Below are positions 38,488-46,388 of a stretch of 64,000 nucleotides of DNA, piece after piece; within the stretch, counting starts at the first letter, position 1; every line of letters begins with the position of its first letter. The DNA lies in assembly GCF_058153355.1 (NCBI RefSeq), contig NZ_CM177019.1, one strand, 5' to 3'. The position numbers were made by a program, and so were the translations under genes. Under the pieces are notes generated by a model. It ran no database searches. It had not been told where the DNA came from and was given only the letters and a program-made list of their open reading frames with translations.

Positions 38488-39480
38488 TCACCCCCTGAAT
38501 CCTGCCGGGATCTGGCTGTAGTCCACGTTGTCGTAACTGGCTTTGAAGTACGGGTCTTCACGTTTTTCTGTGTGCGTGCTGACGGACGGCGATAAGCGCA
38601 GGGAAAGCTCATCCCATTTTTCCCGCAACTTCGACGGGCTGAGCACGTTACGGCACCAGAACGGATCGCGGCTGACGCGGCTGTACATCTCGCAGATTTG
38701 TTTGTGAGTACGACCATCCTGCACACACATCAGGCGAATTTCGTTTGCCCATGCTGTCCAGTTCGGTTCTTTGGGACGAACCACCTCGCCGTCACATTCG
38801 GCGGCCTGCTCGTACAGGGCGATGATTTTTTTCCAGAGCCACTGTGCGCAGGTCAAATCATCCTGCGTTCCCCACTGGCGCTTTTTAGGGCTGAATACAA
38901 CCGCATCAGGATGGCGAGTTAAAAACTCCTGTTCAGCCGTTTGCGTGTCCGGTTGCGAAGCGTCCGGACGAGAAGAGGTTTTATTCTCTGTAGTAATCTC
39001 TGTTGTATTCTCTGTAAGATCATTGGGCCATTTTGACCCGATGACAGCGTGTCGTTTTGAACCAATGGATCGTGTCATTTTGCGCCCATCCATCAGGTCA
39101 CTTTGACCCGATGGAGAAGTGCATTTTGACCTGATGGATTCGTTCACTTTGACCTCTTCTAAAAGCTCACTTTCATAGTTGATCGTGTAGAAGTTGGTCA
39201 TGTCACGCTTCGATTTATTGAGTTGCTCGCGACGCAAAACCCCAAGTGATTTCAAGCTTGCAAATGTGCGTTTCAGAGTGGACTCTGACCAGAACGGAAA
39301 CTGCTCCAGCCACTGTTCTGTCGTGTTATAAACCCAGCGAATTCCGCCATGCTCTGTGCCTGAATTCGTTTCATTCAGCCAGTAATGAAGCTGCTGCAAC
39401 ACAATTGCCTCATTCAGACCAATACGGCATGCAAGATCACGATTTATCACAATGGGCTGGGATGTCATTAACAGGCTCAT
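38488..39480 (-). CDS. replication initiation protein (O-like) containing the origin iterons
   Basis: 330 aa. N-terminal wHTH-like region, an internal repeat-encoded linker and a conserved C-terminal domain. Position after the CII-like genes. Confidence 0.75.
   Translation of the reverse strand: MSLLMTSQPIVINRDLACRIGLNEAIVLQQLHYWLNETNSGTEHGGIRWVYNTTEQWLEQFPFWSESTLKRTFASLKSLGVLRREQLNKSKRDMTNFYTINYESELLEEVKVNESIRSKCTSPSGQSDLMDGRKMTRSIGSKRHAVIGSKWPNDLTENTTEITTENKTSSRPDASQPDTQTAEQEFLTRHPDAVVFSPKKRQWGTQDDLTCAQWLWKKIIALYEQAAECDGEVVRPKEPNWTAWANEIRLMCVQDGRTHKQICEMYSRVSRDPFWCRNVLSPSKLREKWDELSLRLSPSVSTHTEKREDPYFKASYDNVDYSQIPAGFRG
39028..39160. repeat. origin iterons inside the O-like gene
   Basis: Five to six copies of CA(T/C)TTTGACC(C/T)GATGG-like units at about 23-bp spacing (39028, 39053, 39076, 39098, 39121, 39144), followed by an AT-rich stretch. 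Confidence 0.75.
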
Positions 39481-39649
39481 GACCGACCTCTATTTCCCTG
39501 AATTTACGACGAAACTGTTCGAGCGGACTGAAGCATTCATGTTCATAGCCTTCACGGAGGTAGATAACCCGTTGTGTTTCCGGCTCCCAACGAATGACTC
39601 TGACGGGCACTCCGTAGTGATCTTTGAACCAGCGGTTAACTTGTCGCAA
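39437..39649 (-). CDS. small protein (70 aa, DUF4222-like)
   Basis: [40 protein letters not shown]... Overlaps the 39490..39828 ORF in another frame. Confidence 0.5.
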   Translation of the reverse strand: MRQVNRWFKDHYGVPVRVIRWEPETQRVIYLREGYEHECFSPLEQFRRKFREIEVGHEPVNDIPAHCDKS

Positions 39650-39828
39650 AGGACTGTCTCCTTCTGCCGGTTGAAATCACCCACAGCCCACTCTGCAAAG
39701 CTGTGGGTTACAATTTCCCTGTCACCTGGTACATTCACTGCATAGCAATACTCCACCTTCGCTTTTCCACCCGGTACAGGAAGCGCAATCAGTTGCGAGC
39801 GACGGTAGTGTGTTGTTAAACTGTTCAT
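39490..39828 (-). CDS. YmfM-like hypothetical protein (112 aa; 3' part doubtful)
   Basis: Same size and position as e14 ymfM (after the ymfL-like gene). The 3' 160 nt overlap another plausible ORF. Confidence 0.45.
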   Translation of the reverse strand: MNSLTTHYRRSQLIALPVPGGKAKVEYCYAVNVPGDREIVTHSFAEWAVGDFNRQKETVLCDKLTAGSKITTECPSESFVGSRKHNGLSTSVKAMNMNASVRSNSFVVNSGK

Positions 39829-40409
39829 GCGTTAGTTTCTCCACAGACACAAAACGCCACGACGCCCGGAGCTGCACACTCGCGGGCGTCACTCTTTTCT
39901 GGAGCGCAAAAGATTTTGTAGACCAGTGCTGCATGCTCCTGGAGCTTCGAAATTGACAGATACAACTCATCATTAATTACTGTCTGCTCGTGTGGCTCCA
40001 CTACCCCATCTTCGATTGCCGAACGAATCTGCTTTGAGTAACTCCCGATCTGTTCGATGACTTCCAGCAGACGCTGGTTTATATCGGCGTTCTCTACTTC
40101 CTCAATTTCAGGAAGCGATACAAACACCCCACCAGCAGACTGTGCGACAGCATCCGCAATGTAGTGAGTGCCAGCCGCGCGCTGTAAAATCATTGCCCAT
40201 CCCAGCGGGAAAATCTGATCGCCATCTGCACGAAGGCGGTTGAATAAAGCGTTCTCTGTTACATCCAGCCACTCAGCAGCTTCAGCGTAACCTCCCGGCA
40301 ACGCCGCGATAGTTTTTCTGACAGCTTTCACGTACCACTCAGGCTGTTTTTCTACTTTCCAGTGATGCTTACCCACGGCTATCTCCTTAAAACTGTGGTT
40401 ACTTTCCAT
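39825..40409 (-). CDS. CII-like / YmfL-family phage regulatory protein
   Basis: 194 aa. Second gene of the rightward early operon, after cro. Resembles e14 YmfL (from memory). Confidence 0.55.
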   Translation of the reverse strand: MESNHSFKEIAVGKHHWKVEKQPEWYVKAVRKTIAALPGGYAEAAEWLDVTENALFNRLRADGDQIFPLGWAMILQRAAGTHYIADAVAQSAGGVFVSLPEIEEVENADINQRLLEVIEQIGSYSKQIRSAIEDGVVEPHEQTVINDELYLSISKLQEHAALVYKIFCAPEKSDARECAAPGVVAFCVCGETNA

Positions 40410-40647
40410 CAGATAAGTCTTTAATCTTTTGAAAAATATCTGGACGTAATTTTTCTTTTGATACGCCAGTGGTCATTTCAATGAATATCGAGAGCTTTGC
40501 AGGGGGACGCTTTTCTCTGTTCAACCAGTTCCAGACATGTTGTTGCTTTACTAAACGACCACTGCTGGCTGTGAGCTTCCGAGCCAATTCTGATTGACCA
40601 CCAGCCAGAGCGATTGCCTCTGATAAGGCTAATTGCTCAGGTGTCAT
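40399..40647 (-). CDS. Cro-like HTH repressor
   Basis: 82 aa. HTH ...GGQSELARKLTASSGRLVKQQHVWNW... Divergent from cI across the operator region. Confidence 0.75.
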   Translation of the reverse strand: MTPEQLALSEAIALAGGQSELARKLTASSGRLVKQQHVWNWLNREKRPPAKLSIFIEMTTGVSKEKLRPDIFQKIKDLSDGK

Positions 40648-40659
40648 AGCTTTCTCCTA

Positions 40660-40770
40660 TCTGTAAGTAGTAAAGTTGTTGATAACTTCGATTATACAAC
40701 TACAACAACTTTTATTACAACTTTTAGATGTTGGAAAGCTAAAACATAAAGTTGTAACCTCAATAAAAAC
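40660..40770. promoter_or_regulatory. OR-like operator/promoter region (PR toward cro, PRM toward cI)
   Basis: Repeated AAGTTGT/ACAACTT half-sites. Minus-strand TTGTAA-N18-TATAAT (TATAAT = revcomp of 40691..40696). Shares the blocks ACATAAAGTTGT and ATTACAACTT(T/A)(T/A)AGATGTTG with 41655..41710. Confidence 0.7.
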
Positions 40771-40784
40771 GAGGGGGATATGTT

Positions 40785-41471
40785 GTGAAAACATTGGCAG
40801 AAAGACTAAAAAGCGAAAGAGAAAAAGCAGGAATGAGTCAGGCGCAACTAGCTGAAAAAATTGGACTTTCACAACAATCCGTAGCGAAAATCGAGAATGG
40901 AGAAACTCAACAGCCTCGGAAAATTAAAGAGATTGCTAAAGTGTTAGGGGTTTCTCAAAAGTGGTTGCAATTGGGCATTGAGGATAACGCGTCTTTCCCA
41001 AACCTTGTTGTAAAGGAGGCTGAAAGTACAACATTAGATCCTGACATTTTTGCAAACATTCCTGTCCTAGATGTCGAATTATCAGCGGGTAATGGATGTT
41101 TGGCTGAAATAGTTGAATCAACTGTAGACTGGTTCCCGCTAAGAAGGATTGATTTAAGGAAAGCTGGTGTATGTGTCTCCAATGCAAAGATCGTAAAAAT
41201 TTGGGGTAATAGTTTACTACCTGTACTTAACAATGGAGATTTTGTTGCTGTTGATGTTTCCCAAACAGTTCCTATTCGTGATGGGGATCTTTATGCTATA
41301 CGTGATGGCGTATTACTTAGAGTTAAAATATTGATCAATTTACCTGACGGTGGTCTGATTCTAAGAAGTTTCAATAAAGATGAGTATCCAGATGAAATAC
41401 TCACCTTCGAAGATAGGCGTTCCAGAATTCACGTTATAGGTAGAGTATTCTGGTCATCGCGCACTTGGTAA
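40785..41471 (+). CDS. CI-type repressor (XRE HTH plus S24 LexA-like peptidase domain)
   Basis: GTG start with GAGGGGG upstream. HTH MSQAQLAEKIGLSQQSVAKIENG. C-terminal GNSLLPVL and LRVKIL (Ser/Lys dyad context). Confidence 0.85.
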   Translation: MKTLAERLKSEREKAGMSQAQLAEKIGLSQQSVAKIENGETQQPRKIKEIAKVLGVSQKWLQLGIEDNASFPNLVVKEAESTTLDPDIFANIPVLDVELSAGNGCLAEIVESTVDWFPLRRIDLRKAGVCVSNAKIVKIWGNSLLPVLNNGDFVAVDVSQTVPIRDGDLYAIRDGVLLRVKILINLPDGGLILRSFNKDEYPDEILTFEDRRSRIHVIGRVFWSSRTW

Positions 41472-41654
41472 TGCATCAAAAACATTCCTTCAGAAATTTA
41501 GTTACCATTATTACCCGCCTTTTCAATCTTCCTCCCGTGATTTGAGAGTTTCCAATCACGGAAGGAAAGTGTCCATTGTGTAATTAAAAGCGCATCGTCC
41601 ATACAACCTCCTTTTTTGATAACCCTAGCCCCCATTTAACATCCGTCAAAACCA

Positions 41655-41712
41655 CATAAAGTTGTTGACAACAACCAAAACAACAACTAGATTACAACTT
41701 AAAGATGTTGCA
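41655..41712 (+). promoter_or_regulatory. OL/PL-like operator-promoter
   Basis: TTGACA (41665..41670) - 17 nt - TAGATT (41688..41693). Perfect 15-bp palindrome GTTGTTGACAACAAC (41661..41675) over the -35. Operator blocks shared with OR. Confidence 0.7.
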
Positions 41713-41803
41713 GTAACGAACAGGCAGGACGCCCACGAAGTAGCCGCCGGTGGCGTATGAATGACCGGATGATTCGTTAAATACTATGTGTAAGAGAGCG
41801 CAA

Positions 41804-42006
41804 ATGAACCGTTATTTCACATGCTCGTTTTGTGGCGCAAACGAGCTGCAGGCAAAAAAATCATCGCCAAAGGCGGAAAAGATGAAGTTGCTATCTGCTC
41901 TGAGTGCGTAGTCTTGTGTGTTGGGGCATTAATCAATATCAGCACAACTATTCAGTTCACACCAAATGAGAATGCGCCTTTAGATGCGCGGAAATCTGGA
42001 GGTTAA
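41804..42006 (+). CDS. ClpX-type zinc-ribbon protein split over two frames at an A7 run (67 aa if -1 shifted)
   Basis: Frame 0 from ATG 41804 reads MNRYFTCSFCGANELQAKK then stops after 35 aa. The -1 frame (track ORF 41821..42006) continues IIAKGGKDEVAICSECVVLC. Together they give CSFCG...ICSECV, as in the ClpX N-terminal domain. Confidence 0.55.
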
Positions 42007-42095
42007 AGAACAAAATGAAAGTCCAGATTTTAAACAATAACTGTGAAGTCGTTTGGGCGTAAAACATGACCGCGCGTAGACCAAGGGAGGAAAAA

Positions 42096-42272
42096 GTGGG
42101 AATAGTTAGAAATCAAGCAGATATATTGAAAATCAGCTCTGAATTGCTTGGAGTTTTGAAAAGTGAGCTCACCGCACATGGCATCGAGCCCACTGACGAA
42201 AATTTAAGTTGGGTTTTGTCGATTATTCAACAATCACTCAAGCCCAGCCTCAGCAAACTTTTTATCGAGTAG
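42096..42272 (+). CDS. small hypothetical protein (58 aa)
   Basis: GTG 42096 with GGGAGG 5 nt upstream. In frame with track ORF 42066..42272. Confidence 0.45.
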   Translation: MGIVRNQADILKISSELLGVLKSELTAHGIEPTDENLSWVLSIIQQSLKPSLSKLFIE

Positions 42273-42424
42273 TGCTTCGAACTTATCGTAAAGCTTGCTT
42301 ATGTCGTCTATCGGGTTTTCTGACGTACTGTAATTTTTATCTGATGTCATGGCAGCAGTCTGATATGCAGTGTGAGTCTTAACCGATAGTTGGAATAAAT
42401 AAAGAATTTTTTCTTCTTTGGTCA
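42234..42424 (-). CDS. small acidic hypothetical protein (63 aa), antisense to the early-left operon
   Basis: ATG 42424 with GAAGGAAA 7 nt upstream. MTKEEKILYLFQLSVKTHTAYQ... Its 3' end overlaps the 42096..42272 ORF by 39 nt. Confidence 0.5.
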
Positions 42425-42680
42425 TAACTATTTCCTTCTTGGCTATATGAAAACACCAAGATACCACCGAGCCTGAAGTGGTGAAAAGACAGGCACATAA
42501 CAGCTAAGTATTTTCAACCAGAGAGAATCCTTAGCGTTGTGGTGAATGCGGCTCAGCGCACGCGGGTTAAGGTTGAGGTTGACAGTCGACCTTCTGTGGA
42601 TACCCACCCGCCTGGTGTGCAACCTTCGCCAGGCACCGGGAGGCACCCGGCACCACAACTTTATGCTGTGTGTAGTCCTC

Positions 42681-42727
42681 GCGGTACCAGTTTGTACACT
42701 TGCTTCCGGCTGGTACCGCTCTTTTTA
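42681..42727 (+). terminator. intrinsic terminator within the early-left operon
   Basis: GCGGTACCAG (42681..42690) / CTGGTACCGC (42710..42719), a perfect 10-bp stem with a 19-nt loop, followed by TCTTTTTAC. Confidence 0.7.
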
Positions 42728-42815
42728 CAAAACAGAGAAGGGCATCACCGGACGACGGGCTCATAACCCAATCCATCCGGGCGGCTGCCACCGCAGGTGT
42801 TCTTCTCTGTTTTGT
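42727..42815 (+). ncRNA. candidate structured RNA element (14-bp long-range stem enclosing sub-hairpins)
   Basis: ACAAAACAGAGAAG (42727..42740) is the exact reverse complement of CTTCTCTGTTTTGT (42802..42815). Internal CCGGA/TCCGG and GCGG/CCGC stems. No credible ORF. Confidence 0.35.
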
Positions 42816-42863
42816 GGAGAAACCAACCGACCTTGCAGGGTCGATATGATGAGGAGCAGCAAA

Positions 42864-43226
42864 ATGGCTAGCGAACGCAGTACTGATGTGCAGGCATTTA
42901 TCGGGGAGCTGGACGGCGGCGTATTTGAAACCAAAATCGGCGCAGTTCTCAGTGAAGTCGCTTCCGGTGTGATGAACACGAAAACCAAAGGTAAGGTCTC
43001 GCTCAACCTGGAAATCGAACCATTTGATGAGAACCGTGTGAAAATCAAACACAAACTCTCATATGTTCGCCCGACTAACCGCGGGAAAATTTCCGAAGAA
43101 GACACCACCGAAACACCGATGTATGTCAATCGCGGTGGTCGCCTGACTATTCTGCAGGAAGACCAGGGACAATTACTGACTCTTGCCGGTGAACCTGACG
43201 GAAAACTACGCGCAGCAGGTCATTAA
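42864..43226 (+). CDS. YfdP-like hypothetical protein (120 aa)
   Basis: ATG 42864 with GAGGAG 7 nt upstream. The track ORF 42546..43226 is an implausible N-terminal extension through the structured region. Confidence 0.65.
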   Translation: MASERSTDVQAFIGELDGGVFETKIGAVLSEVASGVMNTKTKGKVSLNLEIEPFDENRVKIKHKLSYVRPTNRGKISEEDTTETPMYVNRGGRLTILQEDQGQLLTLAGEPDGKLRAAGH

Positions 43227-43291
43227 TATCGTTCTTAATTAACTGATTATTTATCTCATCACTGAATATCTTTATATAGTGAGGACTTATT

Positions 43292-44116
43292 ATGTCTCAG
43301 AACTTAGACGCAACCGCAATTAATCAAATCCATGCCCTTATTTCTGCTCAGGGTGTTAATGAAATTATTAGTAAGATTGGTGCCGATGCTGTGGCATTGC
43401 CTGAGAATTTCCGCATTCATGATCTGGAAAAATTTAATTTAAATCGCTTCCGTTTCCGTGGTGCGCTTTCCACTGCCAGCATCGATGACTTTACCCGTTA
43501 TTCTAAAGATCTTGCAGATGAAGGCACCCGCTGCTTTATCGATGCCGATAATATGCGTGCCGTCAGTGTGCTTAACCTGGGTACTATTGATGAACCAGGT
43601 CACGCAGATAACACCGCCACTCTCAAACTGAAAAAGACAGCACCGTTCTCTGCTCTGTTGTCTGTTAATGGCGAGCGTAACTCCCAAAAGTCACTGGCAG
43701 AATGGATTGAAGACTGGGCCGACTACCTTGTGGGCTTTGATGCTAATGGTGACGCCATTCAGGCAACCAAAGCGGCTGCGGCGATCCGTAAAATCACAAT
43801 TGAAGCGAACCAGACCGCTGATTTTGAAGACAATGACTTCAGCGGCAAACGCTCCCTGATGGAGTCTGTCGAAGCGAAGACCAAAGACATTATGCCAGTG
43901 GCATTTGAATTTAAATGCGTTCCGTTTGAAGGCCTGAAAGAACGTCCGTTTAAATTACGCCTCAGCATTATCACTGGCGATCGTCCTGTACTGGTTCTGC
44001 GCATTATTCAGCTGGAAGCGGTGCAGGAAGAAATGGCTAACGAATTTCGTGATCTGCTTGTTGAGAAATTTAAAGACAGCAAAGTAGAAACCTTTATTGG
44101 TACTTTCACCGCCTGA
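43292..44116 (+). CDS. DUF2303 / YfdQ-like protein
   Basis: 274 aa. Gene order P-Q-R-S as in the CPS-53 yfdPQRS cluster (from memory). Confidence 0.65.
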   Translation: MSQNLDATAINQIHALISAQGVNEIISKIGADAVALPENFRIHDLEKFNLNRFRFRGALSTASIDDFTRYSKDLADEGTRCFIDADNMRAVSVLNLGTIDEPGHADNTATLKLKKTAPFSALLSVNGERNSQKSLAEWIEDWADYLVGFDANGDAIQATKAAAAIRKITIEANQTADFEDNDFSGKRSLMESVEAKTKDIMPVAFEFKCVPFEGLKERPFKLRLSIITGDRPVLVLRIIQLEAVQEEMANEFRDLLVEKFKDSKVETFIGTFTA

Positions 44117-44128
44117 TTTCATTACTGC

Positions 44129-44152
44129 AAATGCCCCTGCGGGGGCATTTAT
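44129..44152 (+). terminator. hairpin after the yfdQ-like gene
   Basis: AATGCCCC-TGCG-GGGGCATT followed by TATGG. The U-tract is weak. Confidence 0.4.
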
Positions 44153-44243
44153 GGAAACATAATTTACTCAATAATCGCCGGATGGTGAGGGCTTCCTTTT
44201 ACCAGAATTCAGCGCGGTGCAGCGCATATACGTGGAGAACAAA

Positions 44244-44780
44244 ATGTCATTTATTAAAACTTTTTCCGGGAAGCATTTTTATTATGACAAGATAAATAAA
44301 GACGACATCGTTATTAACGATATCGCGGTTTCCCTTTCAAATATCTGTCGCTTTGCAGGGCATCTTTCACACTTCTACAGCGTCGCCCAACATGCGGTGC
44401 TTTGCAGCCAGCTGGTACCGCAGGAATTTGCTTTTGAAGCGTTAATGCATGATGCAACAGAAGCATATTGCCAGGACATCCCCGCACCACTGAAACGACT
44501 TCTTCCTGACTATAAACGGATGGAAGAAAAAATAGACGCCGCAATCCGTGAGAAATACGGGTTACCCCCAGTTGTGAGTACGCCCGTGAAATATGCCGAT
44601 CTCATCATGCTGGCAACCGAACGCCGCGATCTCGGGCTTGATGATGGCTCTTTCTGGCCTGTACTGGAAGGCATCCCGGCAACAGAGATGTTCAACGTGA
44701 TTCCACTGGCACCGGGTCATGCCTACGGGATGTTTATGGAACGTTTTAACGATTTATCGGAGTTACGCAAATGCGCATGA
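44244..44780 (+). CDS. HD-domain 5'-deoxynucleotidase (YfdR-like)
   Basis: Start MSFIKTFSGKHFYY. HD motif residues (...VAQHAV..., ...ALMHDATEAY...). The track ORF starts at 44217. Confidence 0.7.
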   Translation: MSFIKTFSGKHFYYDKINKDDIVINDIAVSLSNICRFAGHLSHFYSVAQHAVLCSQLVPQEFAFEALMHDATEAYCQDIPAPLKRLLPDYKRMEEKIDAAIREKYGLPPVVSTPVKYADLIMLATERRDLGLDDGSFWPVLEGIPATEMFNVIPLAPGHAYGMFMERFNDLSELRKCA

Positions 44781-45133
44781 ATGTTTTCGAAATGGAAGGG
44801 TTTCTTCGCGGGAAATGTGTACCGCGAGATCTGAAAGTGAACGAAACAAATGCTGAGTACCTGGTACGTAAATTCGACGCGCTTGAAGCTAAATGTGCGG
44901 CACTGGAAAACAAAATAATACCAGTGTCAGCTGAACTGCCACCAGCAAATGAAAGTGTTCTGTTATTTGATGCTAATGGAGAAGGCTGGCTGATTGGCTG
45001 GCGTTCTCTCTGGTACACCTGGGGACAAAAAGAAACCGGAGAATGGCAGTGGACATTTCAGGTCGGGGACCTTGAAAACGTCAATATCACTCACTGGGCA
45101 GTAATGCCAAAAGCACCGGAGGCTGGAGCATAA
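44771..45133 (+). CDS. YfdS-like protein with DUF551-like C-terminus
   Basis: 120 aa. The C-terminal ...ITHWAVMPKAP resembles DUF551 endings. Confidence 0.55.
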   Translation: MRMNVFEMEGFLRGKCVPRDLKVNETNAEYLVRKFDALEAKCAALENKIIPVSAELPPANESVLLFDANGEGWLIGWRSLWYTWGQKETGEWQWTFQVGDLENVNITHWAVMPKAPEAGA

Positions 45134-45912
45134 TGACCACATTTACCAATAAAGAACTGATTAAAGAAATCAAAGAACGAATCAGCAGCCTAGAGGTTCG
45201 AGACGATATTGAGCGCCGTGCTTATGAAATTGCTCTGGCATCGCTAGAAGAGGAGCCGGTGGCATGGCTGCATTCAGAAAATGGCTTAGGTATTCCGGCA
45301 ATAACGAGGTGTAAAAACATTGCTGACAGTTGGTTATCAAAGGGCTGGTATGTTCAGCCGCTATATATAGCCAAGCCAGTGCCGGTAGTGCCAGATGCTC
45401 GTCCGTCTTTAAATAATGGCATAGTCGGTTTTGATGAAGGCTGGAACGCCTGCCGCGCCGCCATGCTTCATGGTGCCGAACCTGTAAACCAAACTTACAA
45501 GTCACCACACACGCAGTTTGAACAAGTTGCTGACCTCTACGAAATGCAATTTGATGACGGTCGCACTTGTGCCTTTCACACTGATGCGCAAAAGGCTGCG
45601 CAATGGCTTCAGGTGTGCGACGGAAACAGGGTTCAGGAATACGTTAAGCTGGAACGGCTGCAGAACGCGCTGTCTGGCAACTCTCCGGTAAGTCCGGGTG
45701 GTTGGATAAGCTGTAGTGAGCGAATGCCGAATGATAAACAGTATGTTTGGTGTTGGGGGAAGTCTTACGGCTGGACTGAGTGCGATACCTTCGAAGGGTA
45801 TTATGATTGGTCGAGAAACAAATGGTGGGCAGTTACTGACAATGAGGAAGAACAGGCATCGAAAGTAACCCACTGGATGCCACTACCGGAGCCGCCGCAG
45901 GAGGTGAAGTAA
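45133..45912 (+). CDS. hypothetical protein with C-terminal DUF551 domain
   Basis: 259 aa. GGWISCSERMPNDKQYVWCW...VTHWMPLPEPP. Confidence 0.6.
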   Translation: MTTFTNKELIKEIKERISSLEVRDDIERRAYEIALASLEEEPVAWLHSENGLGIPAITRCKNIADSWLSKGWYVQPLYIAKPVPVVPDARPSLNNGIVGFDEGWNACRAAMLHGAEPVNQTYKSPHTQFEQVADLYEMQFDDGRTCAFHTDAQKAAQWLQVCDGNRVQEYVKLERLQNALSGNSPVSPGGWISCSERMPNDKQYVWCWGKSYGWTECDTFEGYYDWSRNKWWAVTDNEEEQASKVTHWMPLPEPPQEVK

Positions 45913-46106
45913 TGAACAACTTAATGACAACTAAACAAGTCGCCGATTTCTGTGGTGTTTCAGTATCGACAGTTCTTCGCTGGAACAGCGTAAACAGGAG
46001 AACTGGTCAGAAATATAGGCCTGACTTTCCAGATCCTGATATTAAATCCTGCCCAAATAAATGGGCATCACACAAGATTTACAGATTTGCGGGAGTGATT
46101 GAGTAA
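45912..46106 (+). CDS. AlpA/excisionase-type HTH protein
   Basis: 64 aa. MTTKQVADFCGVSVSTVLRWN, typical of AlpA/Xis (HTH_17). Last gene of the early-left operon. Confidence 0.75.
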   Translation: MNNLMTTKQVADFCGVSVSTVLRWNSVNRRTGQKYRPDFPDPDIKSCPNKWASHKIYRFAGVIE

Positions 46107-46388
46107 TATGTATTAGCTTAGATGTGAGCTGACACATCTATGCTTAGATGCCAAACCTAATCTGAGCGTCCACTCTTTACCAAGAGCGGACGTTACCAAT
46201 GACCATATGACATGAATCGATAAGATCAAAACATTATCACCAAGAAATGTCATACCATTGATACAAATAAAATTGATTACCCCCTTACTCTTGTTGAAAA
46301 GTTAGTCGTAGAGTACCTATCGCAATGTAATCAGCTTTAATCATCTTAAAATTACTCCTTAAAAATTAGCTTTTATATACTGAACAAA

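Noticed and set aside
39028-39160. Short regularly spaced repeats as a mini-CRISPR array
   Set aside because: The ~23-bp period leaves no spacers of CRISPR size. The repeats are inside a coding gene in frame and there are no cas genes. They fit ori iterons.
42716-42745. nut-like site (CGCTCTTTTTACAA resembles boxA; GAAGGGC resembles half of lambda boxB)
   Set aside because: There is no complementary GCCCT arm to form boxB and no N-like arginine-rich protein downstream of PL. The T-run is better explained as the terminator U-tract.
42546-42863. N-terminal 106 codons of the 226-aa track ORF 42546..43226
   Set aside because: The stretch is overlapped by equally long ORFs on the other strand and consists of stems and a terminator. 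The internal ATG 42864 has a strong GAGGAG SD and gives the expected 120-aa YfdP-like size.
42470-42863. Retron msr/msd (long inverted repeats, structured non-coding DNA in a prophage)
   Set aside because: There is no reverse transcriptase gene adjacent. The only RT in the window is 9 kb away and is clearly a group II intron ORF. The downstream genes are YfdP/Q/R-like.
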